Shown here: piece by piece, positions 18,625 through 28,113 of the stretch
Layout of the letters: the number at the start of each line of letters is the position of its first letter
How positions within the stretch are numbered: position 1 is the first letter of the stretch
NCBI GenBank assembly: GCA_041178085.1
Contig: JBEGVZ010000006.1
Coordinates: 19,115-83,114, forward strand
Reading direction: 5' to 3'
Source: Pseudomonadota bacterium
GTDB taxonomy: Bacteria > Bdellovibrionota_B > Oligoflexia > Oligoflexales > RGVZ01
DNA: 64,000 bases
Made by a program: the position numbers and the translations under genes
The notes under the pieces: generated by a model
What the model was told of the DNA's origin: nothing
Databases searched by the model: none
Seen by the model: only the letters and a program-made list of their open reading frames with translations

Positions 18625-20068
18625 GTTCCTCTCCTACGAGGACTTCCTTTTCCACCACACGATCACCAGCAGCGACGGATAGTTTGTAGCTGCCCGGCAT
18701 CAACACTGCGTGAAAGGTGCCGTCTGCCTTGACCGGGAACATCTGGCCAGCGTCGTCCTGCTTGCCAAGATTGGTGACACGCACCACCGCATCAGCTGTG
18801 TTCATGCCCGAGATGGACTCGACCCGGCCGCGGACGCCACTTTGGTTGACGCGGCGCAAAAGGAACTGCCACGCGGCGCGAACCTTCTGGACCGTCTTGT
18901 CGCGCCAGCTCCCATAAGCAGGCTGGAAGCCCTGGCTGGTGCTGTTCAGTTCGATCACATAGGGAATCACATTGAAGGCGTTGTGCATCCAGTCAATGTC
19001 ACCACCGTCGACAGCGTAGAGGATTTCCCAGGATGTGCCGGGAGTATAGGTGCCGCTGCTGCCGTCCTTGGGCAGAAGTTTTGCCATCTCCTTGCCGCCG
19101 CCTTCGACCACTTCGCGCTGAGGAACACGCTCGCCATCACAGCTGTATGGATAAAGGACCAGTTCGCTGTAAGAGTGAAACGAAATGCTATAAACCGGAC
19201 GAATCTTTTCCACGAGCGCCATCATCGCCTTGGTTTCGTTCTCTGAACCTGCCGACGGTCCCCTGTAAGTGTCGCTGTAGGGGCTTCCACTTGAGCCATT
19301 GCAACCATTCCAGCGGTACGGATAATTGCGGTTCACATCGACCCCGTCAGAACCGCTCGTGTTCTTGCGCCACATGCTGTCTTCGGTCCAGACCTTGTTA
19401 CTGCCGTCTGGATTCACCATTGGAACAACCCAGACTTCTGTCGTGTCAAGCCACTGCTTGATCTGGGCATCTCTCTCATAGCCTGCTGCCAGGGACTCGG
19501 CGGCATCCATAACCACTTCGACAGTCATGACCTCGCGAGCATGGTGAAGTGCGTTAAGGAACACGACCGGTTTGCCGTATTTAGATGATTCACCGCTGGT
19601 GATCTTGATTGCCCACAGGTCTCGTCCTTCCTGCGTGCGACCGAACGACTCAACCGTCACCAGCTCCGGATAACGATCGGCAAGTGACTGAACGGCGAAA
19701 TCTACCTCGCCAGGAGTCTTGTATCCCTCATCCGGGGCGAGCCGGGCGTTGATCACCTTGGTGGCGACAACGGCCTTGAGCAAGTCGGCTGGAATCGGGT
19801 GCTTTGATCCAGCATGCTGGACAATGTCGACCAGACCCGTGACAGGATCTGCACCGGCGACATCATGGCCGCCCTCGACGATTTTGCGCATTTCGGTTTT
19901 GAAGTCCTTGAGCTTCAGCGTCAGGATCTTCGACTCTGCGCGGGCAAGTGGTTCCTCGTTTGCATGAGCAAAGGCGAGGTTGGCGGCAAGGAATGCCGGG
20001 ACGGCCAAAGCGGCAATTTGTGTAACCATTCTGACGGAATTGAGAGCAAGTGAACGCTGGCGCTTCAT
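18599..20068 (-). CDS. Secreted M14 zinc carboxypeptidase with C-terminal CarboxypepD_reg-like domain
   Basis: HHARE, NPDG, WRKN, GVDVNRNY, SFHSYS, YVIEL; start ATG 20068 after AAGGGAAG. Confidence 0.92.
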   Translation of the reverse strand: MKRQRSLALNSVRMVTQIAALAVPAFLAANLAFAHANEEPLARAESKILTLKLKDFKTEMRKIVEGGHDVAGADPVTGLVDIVQHAGSKHPIPADLLKAVVATKVINARLAPDEGYKTPGEVDFAVQSLADRYPELVTVESFGRTQEGRDLWAIKITSGESSKYGKPVVFLNALHHAREVMTVEVVMDAAESLAAGYERDAQIKQWLDTTEVWVVPMVNPDGSNKVWTEDSMWRKNTSGSDGVDVNRNYPYRWNGCNGSSGSPYSDTYRGPSAGSENETKAMMALVEKIRPVYSISFHSYSELVLYPYSCDGERVPQREVVEGGGKEMAKLLPKDGSSGTYTPGTSWEILYAVDGGDIDWMHNAFNVIPYVIELNSTSQGFQPAYGSWRDKTVQKVRAAWQFLLRRVNQSGVRGRVESISGMNTADAVVRVTNLGKQDDAGQMFPVKADGTFHAVLMPGSYKLSVAAGDRVVEKEVLVGEELIHVDVEM

Positions 20069-20336
20069 GCGACTTCCCTTTCGTGAGCGGCCGAAAAAAG
20101 GCACTCCTGACTGACAGGATGACCAGCTTCCATTCTACTGTGCCCGCCCCCGCTGGGCAAAATTTGCCCGGAAAATGACAAAAACAGGTTAAAATGTTGG
20201 AAAATAGTCAAATGAATTCGGTGGGTTCAGGGTGACCTGTCCAGGTTGCTAACTGATTAAAGAATCGCGGCAGGGACGTCGACTTTCTTGAAGAGGGGAA
20301 GGACCCGCGCTGAATGGGTCCGGGAGGTAAATTCCC

Positions 20337-21434
20337 ATGGCACATGACACATCGAACAAGCGCCTGGGGCTGGTCGCGCCCAAAGACCTCGAGACCCTGA
20401 TCAGGGACCTCGAAGCAATCACGCCTTGGCGTGGCCTGCTCAAGTCTGCCGTCGGATTTGGGCTTTTCCTGACTCTGGCACTCGTTGCGATCCTCAGCCC
20501 GTCGCCGCTGGTGTCGTTCATTGCGGCGTGCCTTGCGGGCCTGCTTTCGACGACTCTCCTCGTCATGACCCACGACGCGCTTCACCGCACCCTTACCGGA
20601 TGGGCCTGGTATGACGAGCTTTATCCGATGGCAGTCAGTTATCCGCTGCTGTGGCCGCATCAGACTTACCGGGAAATTCACAAGATCCATCACAAGATGA
20701 ACGGCAATGACGAGAATGACCCCGAGCGCGTGCAGTGGACGGAAGAAGAGTACGCCCGCGCCAACCGCGTGGTGAAATGGTACGTGCGCAACCAATGGGT
20801 GATCGACATCTTTGTCATGGGCGGAATGGGATACATCCTGGCCACCTTGGCCCGTGCGATCCCGTTCTCCAGACATGTCAGTTCGATACGCCGCGCGCTG
20901 TTGATCGATGCCGTCGGCATCATTGGCACCAATGCGATCATATACAGCATGTGTATCGCGTATGGTTACGGGCTCAAATATTTTCTACTTTATTTACTGG
21001 TGGAAAGAATGGTCGGTGGCCTGCAGCAACTGCGTGCCCACACGGAACATTATGGACTGTTTGGCAGGGGCGCGCATTATTTCGAGACGCAGATCTTCAA
21101 CTGCCGCAACATCAACACGAGCCGGATCGTCAGCTACTTCTTCAACGGCCTCAATTTCCACTCCGTGCACCATGCGTTCGTCAAGGTTCCTTTTTATAAC
21201 CTTGCAGAAGCCCATCGCAGGCTGGTTGCGGTTTACGGTGACAAGTTGCCGTTCCTTGAGGAAGACTCCTACCTGGGCGTTGCCCTGCGCTCCATCAAGA
21301 AGCCAATTCTGATCGGGGAAACTGACCCGGGCAGTCCGGTCGGTCAGGCCAGGATGAAACCCATCAACCGGCCCGCAGCAGAGGCCAGGCAAAATCAGGT
21401 CAGCGAAGGCGACAAGTGGAAGCGGGCCATCTGA
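20337..21434 (+). CDS. Membrane fatty acid desaturase family protein
   Basis: Three His boxes HDALH, HKIHH, HSVHH; GGGAGG RBS. Confidence 0.9.
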   Translation: MAHDTSNKRLGLVAPKDLETLIRDLEAITPWRGLLKSAVGFGLFLTLALVAILSPSPLVSFIAACLAGLLSTTLLVMTHDALHRTLTGWAWYDELYPMAVSYPLLWPHQTYREIHKIHHKMNGNDENDPERVQWTEEEYARANRVVKWYVRNQWVIDIFVMGGMGYILATLARAIPFSRHVSSIRRALLIDAVGIIGTNAIIYSMCIAYGYGLKYFLLYLLVERMVGGLQQLRAHTEHYGLFGRGAHYFETQIFNCRNINTSRIVSYFFNGLNFHSVHHAFVKVPFYNLAEAHRRLVAVYGDKLPFLEEDSYLGVALRSIKKPILIGETDPGSPVGQARMKPINRPAAEARQNQVSEGDKWKRAI

Positions 21435-22552
21435 CAGAACGACTCGAACGAGAGTTTGCCTCCCGGGGACTGCTTTTCCTGGGGATCGCGAACCTCGACG
21501 TTCGACGTGACCATGAACGCTTTTTGAAATGGCTGGCCGCCGGACATCAAGCCAGCATGAGCTACCTGGAAAAGAACTCCGCGCCAAGGCAAGACCCGCA
21601 AAAGGTTCTTCCGCACGCCCGCACGGCAATTGTCTTTGCGCTGCCTTACGCACAACACGATGAGAGTCAGGCTCTGACCGGCACACAAAGCCCTCGTATT
21701 GCAAAGTATGCGCGCTTGAAGGATTACCACCGGATCATGTGGCGGGGTGGGGAAGAGGTCGTGCGTGCCGTTTTCCCGGGGCAACCCCCAGAAGCGACCA
21801 GGGTTTGTGTTGACACGGCACCGCTTCTGGAACGGGCGGTGGCAAGTAACACGGGGGCCGGATTCACCGGCAAAAATACTTGTTTTATCGCTGGGGAAAA
21901 GGGGAGCTTCCTGCTTCTGGGGACGATCCTGACAACCCTGGAGTTGCCGCCAACAAATCCTTCAGCCAAACCACTCGCACGCGAAAACTTCAATTCATGC
22001 GGGACATGCACGCGTTGTCACGTGCATTGTCCAACCGGCGCGCTAAGTATGGAAGAGGAACGCTGGGTGCTCGACAGCCGAAAGTGCCTGTCTTACTGGA
22101 CCATCGAACATCGAGGAACGATCCCGCCGGAGTTCTGGCCATGGCTTGGTAAGTACTGGTACGGCTGCGACATATGCCAGGACGTTTGCCCGTTCAACCG
22201 GAATGGAGCAAAGCTTTTAAGACAGGACCTGATCCGAAACGTCGAATCCATAAAACTCAAGGATGTGGCCATGATGGACGACGCCTTTTACCAGGCGTCG
22301 TTTGGCGGGACCGCGATGACGCGAGCGAAAAGGAACGGGCTGCGGCGAAATGCGTTGATCGCAATGCACGTGACCAACGACCCCACGCTGGAAGACGTGA
22401 TCCCAAAGGTGATCGACGACGAAGACACTGTGGTACGCGAAACCGCCCGGGAGATAATCCGGGCGAAGTCACTGTCCGGCAAAGTGCCGGTCGATCGACG
22501 CGACGTCACGGCAAGTACGCCACAAGGGGACAAGCTGCCGAAGAAGGATTGA
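21416..22552 (+). CDS. queG: Epoxyqueuosine reductase
   Basis: IAKYARLKDYH, VDTAPLLER, CGTCTRCHVHCPTGA, CLSYWTIE, GCDICQDVCPFN. Confidence 0.95.
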   Translation: MEAGHLTERLEREFASRGLLFLGIANLDVRRDHERFLKWLAAGHQASMSYLEKNSAPRQDPQKVLPHARTAIVFALPYAQHDESQALTGTQSPRIAKYARLKDYHRIMWRGGEEVVRAVFPGQPPEATRVCVDTAPLLERAVASNTGAGFTGKNTCFIAGEKGSFLLLGTILTTLELPPTNPSAKPLARENFNSCGTCTRCHVHCPTGALSMEEERWVLDSRKCLSYWTIEHRGTIPPEFWPWLGKYWYGCDICQDVCPFNRNGAKLLRQDLIRNVESIKLKDVAMMDDAFYQASFGGTAMTRAKRNGLRRNALIAMHVTNDPTLEDVIPKVIDDEDTVVRETAREIIRAKSLSGKVPVDRRDVTASTPQGDKLPKKD

Positions 22553-23368
22553 CGCCTGATCAATCGACAACTGAGCTTCCTTGTCGCTTTTTGCACGTTG
22601 CGGATCCGCATGAACCTCCAGGAAAAATCCTGAAAGGTGGCCTGTGGCCACTGCTGCGCGCGCCAATACCGGCGCAAATTCACGCTCTGCGCCGGAACTC
22701 TTTCCGTCGGCGCCCGCACCAGGTAGCTGGGTGCTGTGCGTTATGTCAAAAATCAGGGGCGCACCGGTGTTGGCCATCAAGGGAAAGGAACGCATGTCCA
22801 CGACAAGGTTCCCGTAACCAAAGCTGGCGCCTCGTTCGGTCAGAGCAAAATCAGGTTCGAGGTTTTTTTCGCGTGCCGCGGCAACTGCCTTGCCGGCAAT
22901 GTTGGCCATCGCCCCGGGCGCCATGAACTGGCCCTTCTTGATGTTCACTGCCCGTCCAGTCTGCACCGCCGCCACGAGCAAATCCGTCTGGCGGCAGAGA
23001 AACGCAGGGATTTGTAACACGTCACACACTTCTGCAACGGCGGGGCACTGCACGGTCTCGTGCACGTCCGTTAATATTTCCACCCCGTGACGGGACTTGA
23101 TGTCAGAAAACCACTCCATCGCCTTTTCCAGTCCGGGGCCTCGGTAACCGTCAATGGCCGAGCGATTGGCCTTGTCAAAACTGCTTTTGAAAACCAGACG
23201 GAAATCCAGTTCCCGCGCGAGATCAAGCAAGGGAAGAACCACCGCATCAAGCAGTTCCCGTGATTCCGCCATGCATGGCCCAGCAATGACAATCGGCTGC
23301 GATGACGATTGACCGCGAAACACCGGGGACTTTGACTGCCCTGTCCGGGCCATTTTTTTGTCAGCCAT
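22469..23368 (-). CDS. kdsA: KDO8P synthase
   Basis: IAGPCMAES, KSSFDKANRS, QIPAFLCRQTDL, KKGQF, FDITHS. Confidence 0.97.
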   Translation of the reverse strand: MADKKMARTGQSKSPVFRGQSSSQPIVIAGPCMAESRELLDAVVLPLLDLARELDFRLVFKSSFDKANRSAIDGYRGPGLEKAMEWFSDIKSRHGVEILTDVHETVQCPAVAEVCDVLQIPAFLCRQTDLLVAAVQTGRAVNIKKGQFMAPGAMANIAGKAVAAAREKNLEPDFALTERGASFGYGNLVVDMRSFPLMANTGAPLIFDITHSTQLPGAGADGKSSGAEREFAPVLARAAVATGHLSGFFLEVHADPQRAKSDKEAQLSIDQASILLRQLVPLWRTCRDVASIDRHFAGQ

Positions 23369-23561
23369 CTTGATAACACTCCGGTCAAAAAAACAGGCGA
23401 AAACACGGCTCCTGCCAAACTAACCCGACGACCATAAAAAACCAGTGAATTCTTGTCTTTAGGAGAACACATCAAAGCCAGGGAATCTGAACTCCAGGGC
23501 CCCCGGGAATGTAATCACGGATGATTTATATCCACTGCGGCAGACCCCTGGGCAGAGGCAA

Positions 23562-24221
23562 TCAATTGAAAGCCGCGTTCAAAGATCCGTTCAAGGCCTG
23601 CCAAACAGGGCCATTGGCCGTCAAAGCCGGCCAATAAAGCGTGTAAATGATGGCGGCACCCTGATTGTCTCCAGCCACAGTCGCACAATCGACTGGCTGC
23701 CCGGTGTTGAAGTCGCGGGATTCGACGTACACTTCAGCGAAACCGCCCGCCCGGGAGAACAGGCTACCGGGCAGAGAAGAAGCCCCCCCGGGCGTCAATT
23801 CCAGACAAAAATAGCGATGGGCGTTGGCTGCGATTCCAGTCGCTGAATTTGGCGGACGGGGCATCGTGCATCGCCTTTGAGCCTCCGTCAGCCGGGGTGC
23901 CATGGACGCTGGCTGGATTCCCGACAGGTTGACTCCCGTCAGAACAGCGGTCGAATAATTCAGGGACCCGAGGGACGCTACCGCTACCGACGAAAATGCG
24001 GTAGCAGGATCAAAGCAAGGGTTGCGGCGGAAAACCTGGATCAGCTCAGCATCGATCAGCTGCCGGTCATCCTGAGCTTCGCGTTTGGCCTGGGCCGGGT
24101 CCTGCGCTTTCGTTTCCGTGCTGTAGCTTCTGGCCAAGGCGAAAACGATGACTCCTGTGAGGCCAAGAAGGATCAGCCCAGCAACAAGGGAGAAACCACC
24201 CTTTGGCAACTTCCGACGCAT
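23562..24221 (-). CDS. Prepilin-like (minor pilin/pseudopilin) protein
   Basis: MRRKLPKGG|FSLVAGLILLGL type III-like signal followed by a hydrophobic helix; GGGAGG RBS; four Cys in the soluble domain. Confidence 0.6.
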   Translation of the reverse strand: MRRKLPKGGFSLVAGLILLGLTGVIVFALARSYSTETKAQDPAQAKREAQDDRQLIDAELIQVFRRNPCFDPATAFSSVAVASLGSLNYSTAVLTGVNLSGIQPASMAPRLTEAQRRCTMPRPPNSATGIAANAHRYFCLELTPGGASSLPGSLFSRAGGFAEVYVESRDFNTGQPVDCATVAGDNQGAAIIYTLYWPALTANGPVWQALNGSLNAAFN

Positions 24222-24318
24222 GCTCCTGCCTCCCAGGTCCAGTATTCCCTTAACCGGCCGGATACGCACCTTTTTTGGACAAAACAGGGCCAGCCCGGTG
24301 TTACCCGGAAGAGTCATC

Positions 24319-24347
24319 TTGACTAGGATGCTGTGTGTGCGTAGATA
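24319..24347 (+). promoter_or_regulatory. Candidate sigma70 promoter for tRNA-Phe/secG/tRNA-Leu
   Basis: TTGACT-17 nt-TAGATA just upstream of tRNA-Phe; the -10 match is weak. Confidence 0.35.
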
Positions 24348-24363
24348 CTTTGGGTCTTTCGAG

Positions 24364-24439
24364 GGCGCTTTAGCTCAGTCGGTAGAGCAGTGGATTGAAA
24401 ATCCACGTGTCCCCAGTTCGATTCTGGGAGGCGCCACCA
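24364..24439 (+). tRNA. tRNA-Phe (GAA)
   Basis: Cloverleaf: GGCGCTT/AGGCGCC acceptor stem, GTGGA-TTGAAAA-TCCAC anticodon arm, TTCGATT T-loop, encoded CCA. Confidence 0.97.
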
Positions 24440-24483
24440 CTTAAACCAAACGTCTGGAAACAGACGAGACGGATATCAAGGAC

Positions 24484-24882
24484 GTGCTTTTGGAAACCCT
24501 GTTGACGATCATTCATGTCGGAGTTGCCCTGTTCATGGTGCTCGTGGTCCTCATTCAAGGGGGCCACAGCGGCGGCGTGGGCGCGGCGTTCGGCGGCGGA
24601 TCTTCTTCAGGCCTCCTGGGTGCGACAGGTGCCACGTCACTTCTCGGCAAGTTGACGTACGGCGCAGCCGTGATTTTCATGGGTACTTCGATCTACCTAA
24701 GCGTGATCGAGGGGAAACGCGGCGACGTGGGACTTGGCAAAAAACTGCAGGAAAAGGCAGCCGCCTTGGCTTCACCAAGCCCGTCGGCTGCTCCGGACTC
24801 TGCGGCGGCGCCATCGGCCTCACCAGGCCCGGCGTCATCCCAGCAACCCGAAGCTGCTCCTGCACCGTCCTCTGCTCCGTAA
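24484..24882 (+). CDS. secG: Preprotein translocase subunit SecG
   Basis: VLIQGGHSGGVGAAFGGGSS, LGKLT, two TMs, Pro/Ala-rich tail; followed by tRNA-Leu(GAG) as in secG-leuU. Confidence 0.93.
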   Translation: MLLETLLTIIHVGVALFMVLVVLIQGGHSGGVGAAFGGGSSSGLLGATGATSLLGKLTYGAAVIFMGTSIYLSVIEGKRGDVGLGKKLQEKAAALASPSPSAAPDSAAAPSASPGPASSQQPEAAPAPSSAP

Positions 24883-24914
24883 GTTTGGCGACCCTGTGTT
24901 TTGATCACCCCTAC

Positions 24915-24999
24915 GCTCAGGTGGTGGAATTGGTAGACACGCTAGTTTGAGGGGCTAGTGTCGAGAGACGTGCGGGTTCAAGTCCCGCCCTGAGCACCA
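24915..24999 (+). tRNA. tRNA-Leu (GAG)
   Basis: GCTCAGG/CCTGAGC acceptor stem, CTAGT-TTGAGGG-GCTAG anticodon arm, long variable arm, GTTCAAG T-loop, CCA. Confidence 0.97.
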
Positions 25000-25168
25000 T
25001 CTTTCTTTCTTCTTTTTTGACCTGAACCGACCATCGCAAAAGCGACTCGCGAAGCCTTATGATATTTGAATCATTGGCTTTTTTTAAATCGCCGACCCGC
25101 ACAAAGCCAGACAAGATAGTCGAGAAATACTGGTAAAGATTACCCCAAATCTGACCGAGAAACCCAGT

Positions 25169-27388
25169 GTGGTTATTGGTGTCACAGATTTGAGGTGGGG
25201 TTTGAGTGCGATATTTCTATTAGCTTTATTGGCGATATCTGGTTGTGCTCAAGACAACACTGCAGTCATACGCTCTGGGGGCAAAGTCGAATTCCAGGAC
25301 CCGAATGGTGGTAACGCATCAGGTCACACGACCGGTGGTTCGAACAACCCAAACGATAAACCCCCACCCGTCAACTATGCGTCAGGACGGAAATCGGGTG
25401 ACCTTCTTCCCCCGATCCCGCAGACCAACTTTGTTCCTGGCCGGAATTCGTATCATGGTACCGCATCATCCCGAACCAACGTGACCTACCTGACAGGCGT
25501 TAACCTGAACCATGAAGTCTTGGCGACCAGCCTGGATAAAATCGGCGTCCACAGGCTTTCGCCAGTCTCAGAAATCGCTGACTTGGGCCAATTTGGAGTT
25601 GCAATCGGTGGGTCGCTCTACCTCGCAGGTGATCCCCTCACCAGCATTCAAGACGCTCAGATGAAAATGCATGTGATGGCGATCATCGACCCGAACGGAG
25701 GGACAACACTGATCGACCAAAACCTTGCCGGACGCACAGATCAACTCTTCTTGAACGCGGGTCAGCTGACTTTTGACGGAAACCAGCGCCTGTATTTCAC
25801 ATCCAACGGGCGGCTTCGGTACATCGACCTGGAAACCAGAGAAGTTTTCTCTGTAACCTCAGAAAATCTCACAGTCGAACGCTACGACCTCGTTCCACCG
25901 TCAGGCAAGATTTACTTTCGCGCTAGATCATGGAGAACCAACGTTCGAGCTCTTTACGAACTGATGCCTGATCTGACAGCCCGTCCTCTGAGCACTTCCA
26001 CCAATGCCTATTCATTCAATCAATCCTACTTGTGGACAGGGACTGGCCTTCACAGGGACATGAACACCTGGGAAGATTTCCTGTTCAAGTCCAGCCTGCA
26101 GCTACCCACAATCAATCGCCAGGCAACACAGACTGATATTGCAGGCTTCAAGGTAACGATGACCGGGGTAAAGGCAGCGACCATCACGAATGGAATCCCG
26201 GTAAACTCAAACCTTGTGAGCTTCAATGGAAGACTTTCTTTCGATGGATCAAATCTCTTTAGCTACGAGGTTTCAGGAAGCCGGCTGAAGACAGTTCTTG
26301 AAAAAAAGATCAAGTATCCGCCCAGGTTGCTAAATAACTCAAATTTGGGTTTGACTGTCATGTCCGCGCAATCACCCGGGACAGCAAACAGTCCCGTATG
26401 GATCAGCATCAGTGGGACCTCAGACGGTCTGATACTGCTGCGCTACCTTGATTTGGCGAACGCTCCTGATCAATACCTGGTCAGCAATTCATCCAATGCA
26501 GATAAAGTTCTGGACATCGATGGCAAGCTCTACCTGTACTCAAGCAGTCAATACTTTCTTCTGGAAGTTTCTGGCAGCACCGCAACCGCAACCCCTGTCA
26601 CAACGCCGCCCTGGTCCGGCTTCGACCTTGTCCATGACGGTAAGCTTTATGACTTCAGCGGAAACAAAGTCTTGAGATTCAACTTTACGATGTCCCGATG
26701 GGATGAGCTGTTTCAGATTCCTCCTCCATCCGGATGTTCTTTGACCAAAAATTCAATTGTGGCTGGGGCCGACGGCAAACCTTTGGGGATCGTTCAAATC
26801 GACTGCGGAACGGTAAGGAATGTCTATGCCGTTGCCTACGTGGGCTGGGATAACCTGAGCTGGGAAACCTCGAGCAAGCTGACCAACAAAATCTGGACCT
26901 CCAATTCGCTCATAACGTCGATCACCCACCTGATCAGCCGGGCAAACGAAAACATGATAAGAATTGACGGCAACATGCTGGTTCTTTCCGCAGAGTTGGC
27001 CAACCCAAAGACCATCGAATTGAAAAGCGAGAACATCGAAATCGCCGGGTGGACTGACGTCCAATTGCCAGCGGATTTTCACTCCACGAATTCACTCAGT
27101 AACACATTCGGCCCCGAATCTGCGATCTTCATCGAATCATCCCAATCGCCCTTGCGCAGGATTTTTTTAGCCAACCTCAACACCGGGGTCGCGCGAGAGA
27201 TCGAACCCCTCCGCGGCATCGATTTGATTGACTCCGTGGCCCTGTCGAGCGGCGAGTATTTTTTATCGGGAGAGAAAGATGGCGGGACCTCTACGTCCGC
27301 AGTCATGGTCAAGCCGGACCTGACATGGCAGGCCGTGACACTGCCGGAGAGCCTCGACATAAGTCGGTGGGTGAAAAGGCAGCAATGA
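25169..27388 (+). CDS. Large hypothetical lipoprotein, probable beta-propeller(s)
   Basis: 739 aa, lipobox ISGC, Ser/Thr/Asn-rich, recurrent DG-K/R-LYF-type strands. Confidence 0.75.
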   Translation: MVIGVTDLRWGLSAIFLLALLAISGCAQDNTAVIRSGGKVEFQDPNGGNASGHTTGGSNNPNDKPPPVNYASGRKSGDLLPPIPQTNFVPGRNSYHGTASSRTNVTYLTGVNLNHEVLATSLDKIGVHRLSPVSEIADLGQFGVAIGGSLYLAGDPLTSIQDAQMKMHVMAIIDPNGGTTLIDQNLAGRTDQLFLNAGQLTFDGNQRLYFTSNGRLRYIDLETREVFSVTSENLTVERYDLVPPSGKIYFRARSWRTNVRALYELMPDLTARPLSTSTNAYSFNQSYLWTGTGLHRDMNTWEDFLFKSSLQLPTINRQATQTDIAGFKVTMTGVKAATITNGIPVNSNLVSFNGRLSFDGSNLFSYEVSGSRLKTVLEKKIKYPPRLLNNSNLGLTVMSAQSPGTANSPVWISISGTSDGLILLRYLDLANAPDQYLVSNSSNADKVLDIDGKLYLYSSSQYFLLEVSGSTATATPVTTPPWSGFDLVHDGKLYDFSGNKVLRFNFTMSRWDELFQIPPPSGCSLTKNSIVAGADGKPLGIVQIDCGTVRNVYAVAYVGWDNLSWETSSKLTNKIWTSNSLITSITHLISRANENMIRIDGNMLVLSAELANPKTIELKSENIEIAGWTDVQLPADFHSTNSLSNTFGPESAIFIESSQSPLRRIFLANLNTGVAREIEPLRGIDLIDSVALSSGEYFLSGEKDGGTSTSAVMVKPDLTWQAVTLPESLDISRWVKRQQ

Positions 27389-27481
27389 ATTCCAACTTTC
27401 AGGTCCACCCCTGATTTGTTTTTGCGGTATCATCGAAGCCTTCGGAATGTGCGGCTCTTTATCCTGCGACCGGGGAAACCG

Positions 27482-28108
27482 ATGATCCGTTTTTCAATCT
27501 CGATCAGCTTGTTGATGGTGACTCTGACTGCCCATGCCGCTTCCAGACAAAAGACCGTGCCGGTTGTCCTTTGCCTGGGTGACTCCCTGACGGAGGGGTA
27601 TGAAATCAGCCCGGACGCGGCATTTCCGGCCCTCCTCGACCAGAAGCTTAAGGAAAAATTTGGCCCGGAAGCCCAGGCGATCAACGCCGGAATCTCCGGG
27701 GCCACATCCGCCAGTGGAGAAGGACGGCTCAAATTCCAGCTCAAAGCCACTAAAAAGCCAACCCACATGATCTTGGCGCTTGGCGCAAACGACGGACTGC
27801 GTGGACTGCCGGTGGCAGAGATGAAGAAAAACCTGGAGACCACCATCAAGCTTGCGAAATCATCGGGTATCAAAGTCCTGCTTGCTGGCATGAAAGTCCC
27901 GCCAAATTATGGTGCGGGCTATGCCAAGTCGTTCGAAGCGACCTTCAAGACAGTGGCCCGTGAACAGCAGGTCTCCCTGATCCCGTTTTTACTGGATGGC
28001 GTCGCAGCCAACGCCAAGCTGAACCTTGACGATGGCATTCATCCCAATCCGGCCGGACATAAGATCCTGGTTGAAACCGTGTGGAACAAACTGGAGCCGA
28101 TGTTGTGA
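27482..28108 (+). CDS. SGNH/GDSL arylesterase (TesA-like)
   Basis: GDSLTEG, NAGISG, LGANDGLRG, DGIHPN; signal peptide. Confidence 0.93.
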   Translation: MIRFSISISLLMVTLTAHAASRQKTVPVVLCLGDSLTEGYEISPDAAFPALLDQKLKEKFGPEAQAINAGISGATSASGEGRLKFQLKATKKPTHMILALGANDGLRGLPVAEMKKNLETTIKLAKSSGIKVLLAGMKVPPNYGAGYAKSFEATFKTVAREQQVSLIPFLLDGVAANAKLNLDDGIHPNPAGHKILVETVWNKLEPML

Positions 28109-28113
28109 GCAGC

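Noticed and set aside
24370..25114. Short minus-strand ORFs over the tRNA region
   Set aside because: Antisense to tRNA-Phe, secG and tRNA-Leu
24980..27480. Integrative element at tRNA-Leu
   Set aside because: No integrase and no direct repeat of the tRNA 3' end seen
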